Virus record (IMG/VR): IMGVR_UViG_3300025295_000098
Location: 1-64,000 of that record
Source: a virus
Taxonomy: Duplodnaviria; Caudoviricetes
Reading direction: 5' to 3' (one strand)
DNA length: 64,000 nt
The position numbers were made by a program, and so were the translations under genes. The notes under the pieces were generated by a model that was not told the DNA's origin, did not search any database, and saw only the letters and a list, made by a program, of their open reading frames with translations. Numbering within the stretch: the stretch's first letter is position 1; each line of letters opens with the position of its first letter. This document shows positions 8,882 through 16,906 of this stretch, piece after piece.

Positions 8882-9267
8882 CGCCCGTACCTCTTCTCGA
8901 CAACTGCAACGTCCTCTCCGGTAATGGCGGCGTGCGCGTCGGTCAGCAGACGGAAAGCTTCCGTGCCGAATCCGATCTGGTAATAGAGTTTTTCGTCGCG
9001 ACGGGACCGATCGAGCAGATACTTGATCGCTACGCCGGCCTTGTCGATCTTGGCTTGCAAACCGGCGAAGTGCCGATCCGGCGCGGTATCCTCCGGCACG
9101 TCGTCCTGATGGATGGCCTTCATGTGCCAAGGCTCGACTGAAGCTTCTGCCTCGGCGTCCGCCTTTGTATAGCGGCCGGCGTCGAACTTGAAGCTAGTGT
9201 AACCCTGCTTGTTCGGCCGGTAGAAATACGAGCCCTTCCTGATGAGGTGGTCGAGAGCTTCGCTCAT
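8878..9267 (-). CDS. Hypothetical early protein
   Basis: Coupled ORF. Confidence 0.6.
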   Translation of the reverse strand: MSEALDHLIRKGSYFYRPNKQGYTSFKFDAGRYTKADAEAEASVEPWHMKAIHQDDVPEDTAPDRHFAGLQAKIDKAGVAIKYLLDRSRRDEKLYYQIGFGTEAFRLLTDAHAAITGEDVAVVEKRYGR

Positions 9268-9620
9268 GCGGACCTCCGATCACGGTAGTCCCGCCACCTG
9301 ATGTATTCCATGAAGGTCATCGAGCCATCGTACGCTAGGAAGTCGAGGTACCGCTGCTTGCTGCGCGAGAGCTTCGGAGGGGCAGGGCTTTCCGCTACGG
9401 CGGCGCGCTTGCCCTCTTCCGTGACGGTGAAGGCGTCGCTGCCACCGAACAACTCGACGGCCGGGAAGCGTTTCATGTAACCGAGTGCGACAAGCTCCAT
9501 GCAGAGTGGATGGTCGATACTGCCTTCGCCGGTGACGAATCTGTTACGATAGAAGGTGCCGCGCCCGTACTCGTCGAGGCCAAGGGAATGTTGAAGGATG
9601 TGGATAAGCTTCGGGTTCAT
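9264..9620 (-). CDS. Hypothetical early protein (winged-helix-like)
   Basis: Coupled ORF. Confidence 0.55.
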   Translation of the reverse strand: MNPKLIHILQHSLGLDEYGRGTFYRNRFVTGEGSIDHPLCMELVALGYMKRFPAVELFGGSDAFTVTEEGKRAAVAESPAPPKLSRSKQRYLDFLAYDGSMTFMEYIRWRDYRDRRSA

Positions 9621-10009
9621 GCCGCGCCGCCTTCTGCCGTGGCCATGGCTGCAATAGAGCGGGCCTGTTGCCCTGCCTCGATCGCGGCTTTCGCCGCCAG
9701 ACCAGGAAGGATTGCGCGGAGACTTTCAAGCTCGCTCGCAATTCTGGCCAACTCGGCGGCGCGCTCGGCCCTGCCAGCCGCTTCGTATCTGGAAGCCAGT
9801 TCAGACTGGATTTCCTTGGCTACGGCGACGTCTTCCGCCTTAGCTTCGGCGGCGTAGCGGCCGTCACGCGGAGCGATCAAGATCGCTTCACACCGGCGGC
9901 GCCACACGCCCGGGATCGCATTGGCTTTCGCGACAGCGCCGTACTCATCCTCCATCGCAAGTTTTGCGATGCGGCCGACAACGTTGGAGAGTTCAGCGAT
10001 ATGGCTCAT
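9617..10009 (-). CDS. Ala-rich coiled-coil hypothetical protein
   Basis: Coupled ORF. Confidence 0.55.
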   Translation of the reverse strand: MSHIAELSNVVGRIAKLAMEDEYGAVAKANAIPGVWRRRCEAILIAPRDGRYAAEAKAEDVAVAKEIQSELASRYEAAGRAERAAELARIASELESLRAILPGLAAKAAIEAGQQARSIAAMATAEGGAA

Positions 10010-10224
10010 GCCGCGTCCCCCTCATACTTCACGCCGCAGAACGGGCAGAAGGAAGCGAATATGCCGGTGGCCTTCGCTTTTCCACGGCCGGTCTCGATTT
10101 GCTCGGTGACGATCATCAGGCGGTCGGCTGACAGATTGGACTTCCCAAACACGATCGGGATAGTCAGGCGCGTGTTGCGCTCGGCCAGCTTTTCGTTGAC
10201 AGTTTCGATGCAGGAGCACGTCAT
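10006..10224 (-). CDS. Small Cys-rich protein
   Basis: MTCSC...FCPFCGVKY. Confidence 0.6.
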   Translation of the reverse strand: MTCSCIETVNEKLAERNTRLTIPIVFGKSNLSADRLMIVTEQIETGRGKAKATGIFASFCPFCGVKYEGDAA

Positions 10225-10556
10225 GCCGCCAACTCCTTCGTGCTATCGACGAAGTGCCCGCGGTAGGTTCGATCGAACACCGCCTGGAACTGCGCGACGA
10301 CAGCGTCAGCCGCTTCGGCGTCCATGAAATAGGCGGCAAAACTCGCATGCATCTGCATGAAGTACGCGGCCATGCCGATGAGCATATGGTCGACATTCGC
10401 CTCGGGACGATCGATCTCTGCATTGACGAACTCGACGAGGCTGGAATGAACCGCTGAAACCGACATACGGGCCATCAGGGCAGTGATCGGATCGCCGCAG
10501 GTGAGGGCGTCCGCGTCAGACATGCTTCCGGGCAAAAGGCGTTTGTTCTCGGTCAT
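10221..10556 (-). CDS. Hypothetical early protein
   Basis: Coupled ORF. Confidence 0.6.
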   Translation of the reverse strand: MTENKRLLPGSMSDADALTCGDPITALMARMSVSAVHSSLVEFVNAEIDRPEANVDHMLIGMAAYFMQMHASFAAYFMDAEAADAVVAQFQAVFDRTYRGHFVDSTKELAA

Positions 10557-10813
10557 GCTGCCACCGCTTTCATGTCAGCTTCCAGAGACCGAAGCAGCTG
10601 CTTGGCGGCTATTGCATTGAGGTCTCCGCCAACGCGGAAATCCATCGCCTCGGCCAAACGCTTGCCAAGTTCGTCCTTGGTCGGCGTGTTTTTCGCGAAG
10701 CCGATCTGGATGTTGAGCCATTCATTTTCGATGATCTCGACCTCAACACAGAAGTCGATGGCCGGATCAGGATGGTGGCCGAACCGGCCAAGCTTTTCCG
10801 TTGCGTCGGTCAT
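10553..10813 (-). CDS. Hypothetical early protein
   Basis: Coupled ORF. Confidence 0.6.
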   Translation of the reverse strand: MTDATEKLGRFGHHPDPAIDFCVEVEIIENEWLNIQIGFAKNTPTKDELGKRLAEAMDFRVGGDLNAIAAKQLLRSLEADMKAVAA

Positions 10814-11265
10814 GCCGCTCTCCGCTTCAAATCTTCCGGATTGGTGAGGAACAGGCCCTGTTCCGAATAGTGCCGGTGGACCGTGTCGAGGTAGATCGTT
10901 TTCTGGCGCGTCGTCATGATCCGGGTCACCCCGAAATCAAACGGCACCATCATCAGCTTGAGCTTGTGCTCGTAGGGTAGCGGCATGATCACGGCGTCAT
11001 ATTCTGCCTTGAACACGTCGTTCTCGTTCCGAAGGATCGGCACGCCGAAGTGCAGCTTGCAGTATCCGCGGACCTCTTCCGGGGACTGGTCGCCGAGCTG
11101 GGCCGAGATCTCCATCACCCACAGACGCTGAAGCTTGTTCTGATCGCTGGTCCGGTGCTTGCCGTCAGTGATGCTGCAGGTGAAAGGCATGGTCTTGCCC
11201 ATGATGTATTTCACCAGCATGTCACGAGCTTGCTCGGTGTCGACGATGCGGTTGTTGGTGGACAC
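10810..11265 (-). CDS. NinB-like recombination accessory protein
   Basis: RTSDQNKLQRLWVMEISAQLG...CKLHF pattern, next to the recombinase. Confidence 0.6.
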   Translation of the reverse strand: MSTNNRIVDTEQARDMLVKYIMGKTMPFTCSITDGKHRTSDQNKLQRLWVMEISAQLGDQSPEEVRGYCKLHFGVPILRNENDVFKAEYDAVIMPLPYEHKLKLMMVPFDFGVTRIMTTRQKTIYLDTVHRHYSEQGLFLTNPEDLKRRAA

Positions 11266-11266
11266 G

Positions 11267-12232
11267 TCAGCCTCCGTTCAACGAAGAAAGCTGCGCGAGG
11301 CGGCGCGTCTTGATCGCGAAAGCCGCTTCGATCATGTCGGAATGGCCTTCCGTCTCAAGCACGGCCGATGCATCGAAGTCGTTCCAGATCTCCTCGACGT
11401 CAGCCTCGTCCTTCGCGCCGGCCATAGCCGTCTCGATCTCGTCGAGATAGTCGCCGAGCGAGAACTCGATTTCACCATCCTGATTTTCCGTCACCGGTTC
11501 GGCCTCGATCGTCTTCGCGGACGGCGGTGCTGGCGGCTTCGGTGGCTTGGGCGGGGTCGGCTTGTTCTCGGATGCTGCCGGCGGGGTGATGTCGCGCATC
11601 TCCTCGGCCTCGGCGATCTCGCGAACCTCGAACTCGTCACGGATGCCGCCGAGCACATCGCCGAACAGTTCGCGAAGGCAATAGCCAGCCGCGCGCCAAG
11701 CAAGCATGCGCTGAGGGAAACGGTACCACGGGCTATCGTTCGGCTTCTCTTCGTTCTTCTTGTCCCACTTGTTCCACTTGATGACGGTGGCCTTGGTCTG
11801 CCACAGGCCAGCCCGCTCGGCGTCGGACTGCGAAAACTCGACCCGCTTGTCTTCGTTGGTGTCCAGACGCTTGGCCTCGCAGAAGCCGACCATCTTGCCG
11901 CCGCGCTCTTCGCAGCCGGTCCGGAGATAGGCGACCTTGCCTGACATGCGGACGACATTGATCAGTCCGTCGCCATAGAGCGCCGGTCGACCGTTGATCA
12001 CGGTGAAGCTGCGAAGGCTCACCATTGGTTTGAGACCAAGCTCGGCGCCGGACATGATAGCGACAGCTACGGCCGCAGCAGCATCATCGCCGGTCAGCTT
12101 GCCGATCAGCGCGGACGGGGCGAGGCCCGACGCCACCACGGCGCGACCGATGCGCATGGTGTCCTCGAAGGTCTGAGGAACGATGGCGAGGACGTCGCCG
12201 CCGCCGGAGAGTGCTGGAATATGGGCGTTCAT
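11267..12232 (-). CDS. recT: RecT/Red-beta-like single-strand annealing protein
   Basis: GAELGLKPMVSL..FTVINGRPALYGDG...W..FPQRML..RA..YCLRELFGDVLGG. Confidence 0.7.
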   Translation of the reverse strand: MNAHIPALSGGGDVLAIVPQTFEDTMRIGRAVVASGLAPSALIGKLTGDDAAAAVAVAIMSGAELGLKPMVSLRSFTVINGRPALYGDGLINVVRMSGKVAYLRTGCEERGGKMVGFCEAKRLDTNEDKRVEFSQSDAERAGLWQTKATVIKWNKWDKKNEEKPNDSPWYRFPQRMLAWRAAGYCLRELFGDVLGGIRDEFEVREIAEAEEMRDITPPAASENKPTPPKPPKPPAPPSAKTIEAEPVTENQDGEIEFSLGDYLDEIETAMAGAKDEADVEEIWNDFDASAVLETEGHSDMIEAAFAIKTRRLAQLSSLNGG

Positions 12233-12241
12233 CGGTTTCTC

Positions 12242-12571
12242 CTATCGGTCGACGTCGTCGAAGATCGATCGGTTGCCCTTTTCATCGAGCAACGTCCGAT
12301 CTTCCGAGTACTTGCGCTGTCCGTTGGGGTATTTGGCCTGCTTCTCTTCATCGGTGCGCAGGTCTTCGACCGGGCGAAGTGCGGCGACCGAAGCCATTTC
12401 GGATCCCGTCTTGATCTCAACGATCTCGACCTTCGCCTCGCCGCGCTTGGTCGGCACATAGACGCGCTGGCCAACCTCGACCGGGAAGTCGACGAAGTAA
12501 TCGTAAGTTTTGCCGGCCTTTTCCCAAGCGAACTTGACGGCGATGATTGTGCGGGTTGCTACGTCGGTCAT
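12242..12571 (-). CDS. Hypothetical protein (SH3-like N-half)
   Basis: IAVKF...KTYDYF...VGQRVYVPTKRGEAKVEIVEI. Confidence 0.55.
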   Translation of the reverse strand: MTDVATRTIIAVKFAWEKAGKTYDYFVDFPVEVGQRVYVPTKRGEAKVEIVEIKTGSEMASVAALRPVEDLRTDEEKQAKYPNGQRKYSEDRTLLDEKGNRSIFDDVDR

Positions 12572-13581
12572 CAGGCGGCCCTCTGTTCCGAACGGATCGT
12601 CATGCCGGCCAATTCGACGCCGGAGCGAGCCGCACGGTTGGCAAGCGTCTCGACGACTTCCTTGATTTCGGCACGATCTTTCAGTGCCAAAAGCAGCGCG
12701 TCGAAATCGGTGATCTCGGCAAAGACAAAGGTGCGGAGAGATACCTTCGCGCCGGTCCGGCCAGCCGAAGCATTGCGGGCCTGAGCATCGCGCTCGGCTT
12801 GCGCTGCCTGTTGGGCAAGCCGCTCAGCCTCGGCGATGGCGTTGTTCTGCGCCGCGACGGCCGCCGCATCGTTGTCATTCTTCGCGGCAGCTTTCTCCGC
12901 CGCGACGCGTGCGGCATCGGCTTCGCGCTGAATACGGTCCGCTTCGGCTCGAGCCGCTACCTGGCGCTCGCGCTCTTTCCGGGCTTCCTCCTGCAGGAAG
13001 GCGTCCATGTGGCGCTTCAGCTTCTTGCTGATCGCGTCCGGCTCCTCCTTGAGTTCGCGCCACTTGTTGTCGACGTTGCGGCCCGCATCGAGATGCGGCT
13101 GCTTTTCGACCTTGTGCAGGTCGGTCGCCTTCTTGGCGATCGTCGACAGGCGCTTCGACCAGATCGCGGCGCGGTCGGCTTCCGCCTGCGTCATGATTGG
13201 CTTTTTCATGAAGGCCTCAGCCTGCTCGCGCTCGGCAGCAAACTCGATCTGCAGTGCCTCGAACGGGTCAGACGGCAGATTGTGGCCGATGGCGGGCGCT
13301 TCCGGCTCGTCTTCCCAGCCTCCACCCTCTGTCGCCTTGGTATAGGCTTCATAGGTGATGGGGTTCCGGCAGCACCACGTCCAGATGTCGGAAGCGTCGA
13401 CCTGACTGTCGCCGCGCAGCGCGTGCCACTTGCCGTCTTCAGACCAAATGGCGACCGGCTCCCACGGCTTGTCCTTGAAGCGTGTGCGGTAATAACCTTG
13501 CTGAGGGTCGCCGTCGTGAATTGGACCGATGCTGCCGGCGAGGGCGCTCTGCCACCACGCCCAAACGTTCACTTCTGCCAT
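12571..13581 (-). CDS. Coiled-coil hypothetical protein of the recombination module
   Basis: 336 aa, Trp-rich N-domain plus long Ala/Glu/Arg helix. Confidence 0.65.
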   Translation of the reverse strand: MAEVNVWAWWQSALAGSIGPIHDGDPQQGYYRTRFKDKPWEPVAIWSEDGKWHALRGDSQVDASDIWTWCCRNPITYEAYTKATEGGGWEDEPEAPAIGHNLPSDPFEALQIEFAAEREQAEAFMKKPIMTQAEADRAAIWSKRLSTIAKKATDLHKVEKQPHLDAGRNVDNKWRELKEEPDAISKKLKRHMDAFLQEEARKERERQVAARAEADRIQREADAARVAAEKAAAKNDNDAAAVAAQNNAIAEAERLAQQAAQAERDAQARNASAGRTGAKVSLRTFVFAEITDFDALLLALKDRAEIKEVVETLANRAARSGVELAGMTIRSEQRAA

Positions 13582-13787
13582 GAAAATTGCTCCTGGTTGA
13601 TGATGGCGCGGTCCTTGAGGCTCTGCTCAGTCGGCGCGATAGCGATGACGGTGAGGGCGCCGACGGCGACCAAGGTGAGGATGATGGTGACCGCCTTGTT
13701 GATTGCGCCGGTAAGGCGGGCGTACTCTTCAAGGAGTGGCTCCGCGCGCGTGTTGATTTCGGCAACGCGTTCCTGGATATCGCTCAT
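13569..13787 (-). CDS. Small single-TM protein
   Basis: AVTIILTLVAVGALTVIAIAP. Confidence 0.55.
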   Translation of the reverse strand: MSDIQERVAEINTRAEPLLEEYARLTGAINKAVTIILTLVAVGALTVIAIAPTEQSLKDRAIINQEQFSWQK

Positions 13788-14005
13788 CGCATCCCCCTCT
13801 CGCGACCATGAGCTGACTGAAGCGCCGGAACCTCGCCGTGGAAGTCGCCATCGAAGCGGCTCGGAAGCGCGTCGACGAGTTCGTCGAGTTCGAAGCACAT
13901 CCGCTTGAGCTGGCGCTTGTCGTCTTCGTTCTGGCAGGCTCTGGCGGCTGCATAGGCAGCGGAATTCAGAGCGCGAAGGGCTTCGGGATAGGGGAGGTTA
14001 CGCAT
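13784..14005 (-). CDS. Hypothetical early protein
   Basis: MRNLPYPEAL..., overlapping neighbours. Confidence 0.5.
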   Translation of the reverse strand: MRNLPYPEALRALNSAAYAAARACQNEDDKRQLKRMCFELDELVDALPSRFDGDFHGEVPALQSAHGRERGMR

Positions 14006-14255
14006 AATTCTGATCCTCGTCCGTGCAGCCCATGATCTCGCGGGCATAGCGGTAGCGCTCCGAACGAGCCGACATCGCGCCACGCAGCCAGTCCGGGCCG
14101 AGCCACATGTTGCTTTCGATGAAAGGAGCTGCGAGGCGAGCATGGGACTGAGCCTCGATCGCCATGTAGGCGCTGCAGTCGGCGATCGTGCGGGCTGCAT
14201 TCCACCGGGCGTCGCGCTTGCTCTGCTCGGTCTCGATGTTGCGAATGTGCTGCAT
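13998..14255 (-). CDS. First gene of the leftward early operon
   Basis: GAGGA RBS, directly downstream of the pL-like promoter. Confidence 0.6.
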   Translation of the reverse strand: MQHIRNIETEQSKRDARWNAARTIADCSAYMAIEAQSHARLAAPFIESNMWLGPDWLRGAMSARSERYRYAREIMGCTDEDQNYA

Positions 14256-14288
14256 GATGTGCGTCCTCGGTGCGGTTTGTTGAGGACG

Positions 14289-14341
14289 AATGTAACAGAT
14301 CGTGCGACACTGTCAATCAGGATGTAACATAAAATGACGCA
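14289..14341 (-). promoter_or_regulatory. pL-like promoter with two operator palindromes
   Basis: Minus strand TTGACA (14316-14311)-N16-TACATT (14294-14289); TGTAACA-N5-TGCGACA (14291-14309) and TGTAACA-N5-TGACGCA (14323-14341). Confidence 0.7.
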
Positions 14342-14368
14342 AAAAGTTTGACGGCGGGTCGGTGTCGC

Positions 14369-14406
14369 GAAAAGAAAGCGCCGGCGGGAACTGCCCGGCC
14401 GGCGCT
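14369..14406 (-). terminator. Intrinsic terminator downstream of the Arc-like gene
   Basis: AGCGCCGGC/GCCGGCGCT stem, followed by TTCTTTTC on the minus strand. Confidence 0.65.
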
Positions 14407-14439
14407 GGATGCATGCATTAAATGTTTTGGGTCAGGAGG

Positions 14440-14718
14440 TCAGGTTGTCTCGTTTCGCAACACTTTCAGCCTGTCGAAAACGGCCTCCCAGGCGTCGCCT
14501 CTTTTTTCAGCCGGAAGTTTTGCCACAAGCTGGGCGATGTCCTGCACGTGTTCATCTATCTTAGTCTCGGCCGGGTAAGTGCGATCAAGGAGAATAAGCA
14601 GTTCAGCGTTCACCGAGCGGTTGTTAGAATCGGCGACACGCTTGATGCGATCGCGCATCCCATCGGGAACGCGGATGATGATTTTATCCAGGAGGCGGCT
14701 GGGGCTCTGGTCGCTCAT
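14440..14718 (-). CDS. Arc-family ribbon-helix-helix repressor
   Basis: DKIIIRVPDGMRDRIKRVADSNNRSVNAELL. Confidence 0.85.
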   Translation of the reverse strand: MSDQSPSRLLDKIIIRVPDGMRDRIKRVADSNNRSVNAELLILLDRTYPAETKIDEHVQDIAQLVAKLPAEKRGDAWEAVFDRLKVLRNETT

Positions 14719-14841
14719 AAACCAAGGCATACAAGCCGGGCTTAACCAAATAAATATTGGCCAGTGGCCATACACGCTCAAGGCGCTATGTTCGTTTTTC
14801 ATACTTAAAAGAGCACTGCCAAGTGCCTATGGAGCGATGAA

Positions 14842-15198
14842 ATGAATGAACTATTCGCCTCGTTTGTGTCCCCCGAAAAAGTGATGTCTGGGAAGTTTCG
14901 CGTCCACGCCATAGTTGGTGACGAGATGGAGCCAACGCTGCGCGCCGGCCGGGATTATGTCCTGACCGCACCGGTTACGACTTACGAGGGCGAGGGGCTC
15001 TATTTGGTCGATATAGGTCTGGGCATCGAGCTCTTCCGCGTCACCAACACTCTCGGCCCGGCCGGCGAGCTGCTGCTGTCGCGGGAAAACGAGCACTACC
15101 CGCCCCGTCGCTTGCCGAGGCATGAGTTCAGTGACGCTGTCGTCGGGATCGTCGTCGCCGACATAAGGACGAGAGATGAACGGTTTCTCAGGCGCTAG
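14842..15198 (+). CDS. Stand-alone S24 peptidase-like domain lacking the catalytic Ser/Lys
   Basis: GDEMEPTL (canonical GDSMxPT) and ELFRV (canonical VKRL); LSRENEHY aligns with cI ISSDNPRH; no HTH. Confidence 0.7.
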   Translation: MNELFASFVSPEKVMSGKFRVHAIVGDEMEPTLRAGRDYVLTAPVTTYEGEGLYLVDIGLGIELFRVTNTLGPAGELLLSRENEHYPPRRLPRHEFSDAVVGIVVADIRTRDERFLRR

Positions 15199-15947
15199 AT
15201 CGTGAACCGCCCGATATAGCGGCCGATGATCTGGATCTCATCGAGGTTCAGGACGCGGGTCATGTGGCGGGGATTATCCGACGAGATCTGAACCGTGATA
15301 GTTTCGGAGCCTGGGCTCGATGTCACCTCCAGGCGTTTAACGACGACGCCGCCGAACTCATCGGCCAGCGCATAGACGCCTGGCGGCGATGGGACGCGAT
15401 GGCGAGTGTCGATGAAAACGACGTCGCCGTCTTCGATCGTCGGCGTCATAGAATCTCCTCGCGATGGAAACGCGGCGACATGCGGAGCCTGGACACCCAT
15501 GCGTCCGAGCATCCACTCCGGTAATCTCCAATGGTCCCTTACTGCCTCCTTGTGGAACGTGATCCCGTTCCGAGATGTGTTCTCGACGATAGCCATCCCA
15601 CCACCGCCCAAGCCGGCGATAAGGTCAATCTCTGGGATGTCCTTCCCGGCTGGCTGATTTGAGGGTTCGACGTGGTGATCGTCGTCATCGTCAGGATCAA
15701 AGCTCCGCACCAGAGCGTCGTCTCTCTTCGGCGGCTGGTTGAGCATCAGTGCTTCAACTGTGGTCCCGAGTAAGGGCGCCATCTTCTCAGCTCGATCCCT
15801 TTTCAGCTGGGAATGGTCATTTGCCAAGCGGTTCACCGTCGCGCGGGAAACATCCAGCGCTTCAGCGAGCTCCTCCTGTGAGCCAATATTTGATGCTTTC
15901 AGAAAAGGTTCGAGCCAGTTTTTCGACATGGCAATTTTATCCGCCAT
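15195..15947 (-). CDS. cI: CI-like repressor (XRE HTH + S24 autopeptidase)
   Basis: SQEELAEALDVSRATVNRL; AG.GGG cleavage-site region; GDSMTPT and VVKRL intact; start could be 15929. Confidence 0.92.
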   Translation of the reverse strand: MADKIAMSKNWLEPFLKASNIGSQEELAEALDVSRATVNRLANDHSQLKRDRAEKMAPLLGTTVEALMLNQPPKRDDALVRSFDPDDDDDHHVEPSNQPAGKDIPEIDLIAGLGGGGMAIVENTSRNGITFHKEAVRDHWRLPEWMLGRMGVQAPHVAAFPSRGDSMTPTIEDGDVVFIDTRHRVPSPPGVYALADEFGGVVVKRLEVTSSPGSETITVQISSDNPRHMTRVLNLDEIQIIGRYIGRFTI

Positions 15948-15962
15948 CTCTGGCGAACGATC

Positions 15963-16024
15963 TATGCCATAAAATGCTACACTGCCGTTGACAATCGCCG
16001 CGAAGTGTAGCAGTAATTGCGACA
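15963..16024 (+). promoter_or_regulatory. pR-like promoter with operator palindromes
   Basis: TATGCCA-N5-TGCTACA (15963-15981), TTGACA (15988-15993), TGTAGCA-N5-TGCGACA (16006-16024). Confidence 0.65.
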
Positions 16025-16221
16025 TGACCCTTGAAGATTACATCCATACGCACACCACTGTAACAGCTTTTGCGGCATTGCTGGGCAAGAGCCGGGCGCA
16101 AGTGCACCGGTACATGCGCGGTGAAAATCTGAGCAAGAGCGTCATCGAAGAGATTTGCCGCGTCACGGACGGGGCGGTCGAGCCGAAGTCATTTTTCGAA
16201 GCTGCGGAGAAGGCAGCATGA
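16024..16221 (+). CDS. cro: Cro-like HTH protein
   Basis: 65 aa, divergent from cI; TVTAFAALLGKSRAQVHRYMRG. Confidence 0.85.
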   Translation: MTLEDYIHTHTTVTAFAALLGKSRAQVHRYMRGENLSKSVIEEICRVTDGAVEPKSFFEAAEKAA

Positions 16222-16601
16222 GCGGGAAAATCTATTTCCTCCGGCCAGTCGGCATGATCGGTCCCATCAAGATCGGATTCGCTCAGAAACCCGCCAGAAG
16301 GCTCTCCTACTACATGAGCCTGTCGCCGTTCCCGCTTGAGCAGATCGCGGAATGCGCCGGTTCGATCCGTGAGGAGAGGGCTGTCCATAATCATTTCGCT
16401 GATTGCCTCAGCCATGCTGAGTGGTTCCACCCGATACCCAGGCTCCTTGAGGCGATTGCCGCCATCCAGACCGGCGCGCAACTTTCTGAGGCTATCGATC
16501 TCGGTGATTTTCGCGGGAGCGCCCTTTCGAAGAAGCAGTTGGCAACTCGTGCGCAGAACGGAACCGCATCGAAGCGGTTGTCGACCGGGGTTGCAGCATG
16601 A
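16218..16601 (+). CDS. GIY-YIG / T5orf172-like nuclease
   Basis: KIYFL...IKIGFAQKPARRL...E..VH..F......EWF. Confidence 0.8.
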   Translation: MSGKIYFLRPVGMIGPIKIGFAQKPARRLSYYMSLSPFPLEQIAECAGSIREERAVHNHFADCLSHAEWFHPIPRLLEAIAAIQTGAQLSEAIDLGDFRGSALSKKQLATRAQNGTASKRLSTGVAA

Positions 16602-16903
16602 CCGCCGACGGCCAGAGCATTCCCGAAGACATCATGAAGGCGGCCGAAGAGGCGTTGGATAACGTTCTCTGCAACTGCGTCGAGTCCTGCGGTGGCGCTG
16701 CTGGTCTCCGCAAGGCATCGATCGAGGAGATCGCGAAGGCAATCCTGGCTGAACGCGAGCGTATCGTCGCGCGCCTCAAGGAGGAGGCCGACCTCACTCC
16801 TTGCAGTGAAGACGCAATGGTAACGCGCTCCAACGCCCGCCTTATCGAAGCAGATTTCAGTTACGAAGAGGCTGAGCGCCTCGCCGAAAAAGAGGAGGCG
16901 TAA
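16598..16903 (+). CDS. Hypothetical protein
   Basis: Coupled ORF. Confidence 0.55.
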   Translation: MTADGQSIPEDIMKAAEEALDNVLCNCVESCGGAAGLRKASIEEIAKAILAERERIVARLKEEADLTPCSEDAMVTRSNARLIEADFSYEEAERLAEKEEA

Positions 16904-16906
16904 CTC

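Noticed and set aside
12547-13908. Long alternative-strand ORFs (also 1914-2972, 16391-18031, 37059-38306, 38628-39752, 47028-48047, 49003-50121)
   Set aside because: Shadows of well-supported genes on the opposite strand, expected in GC-rich DNA; no motifs or RBS
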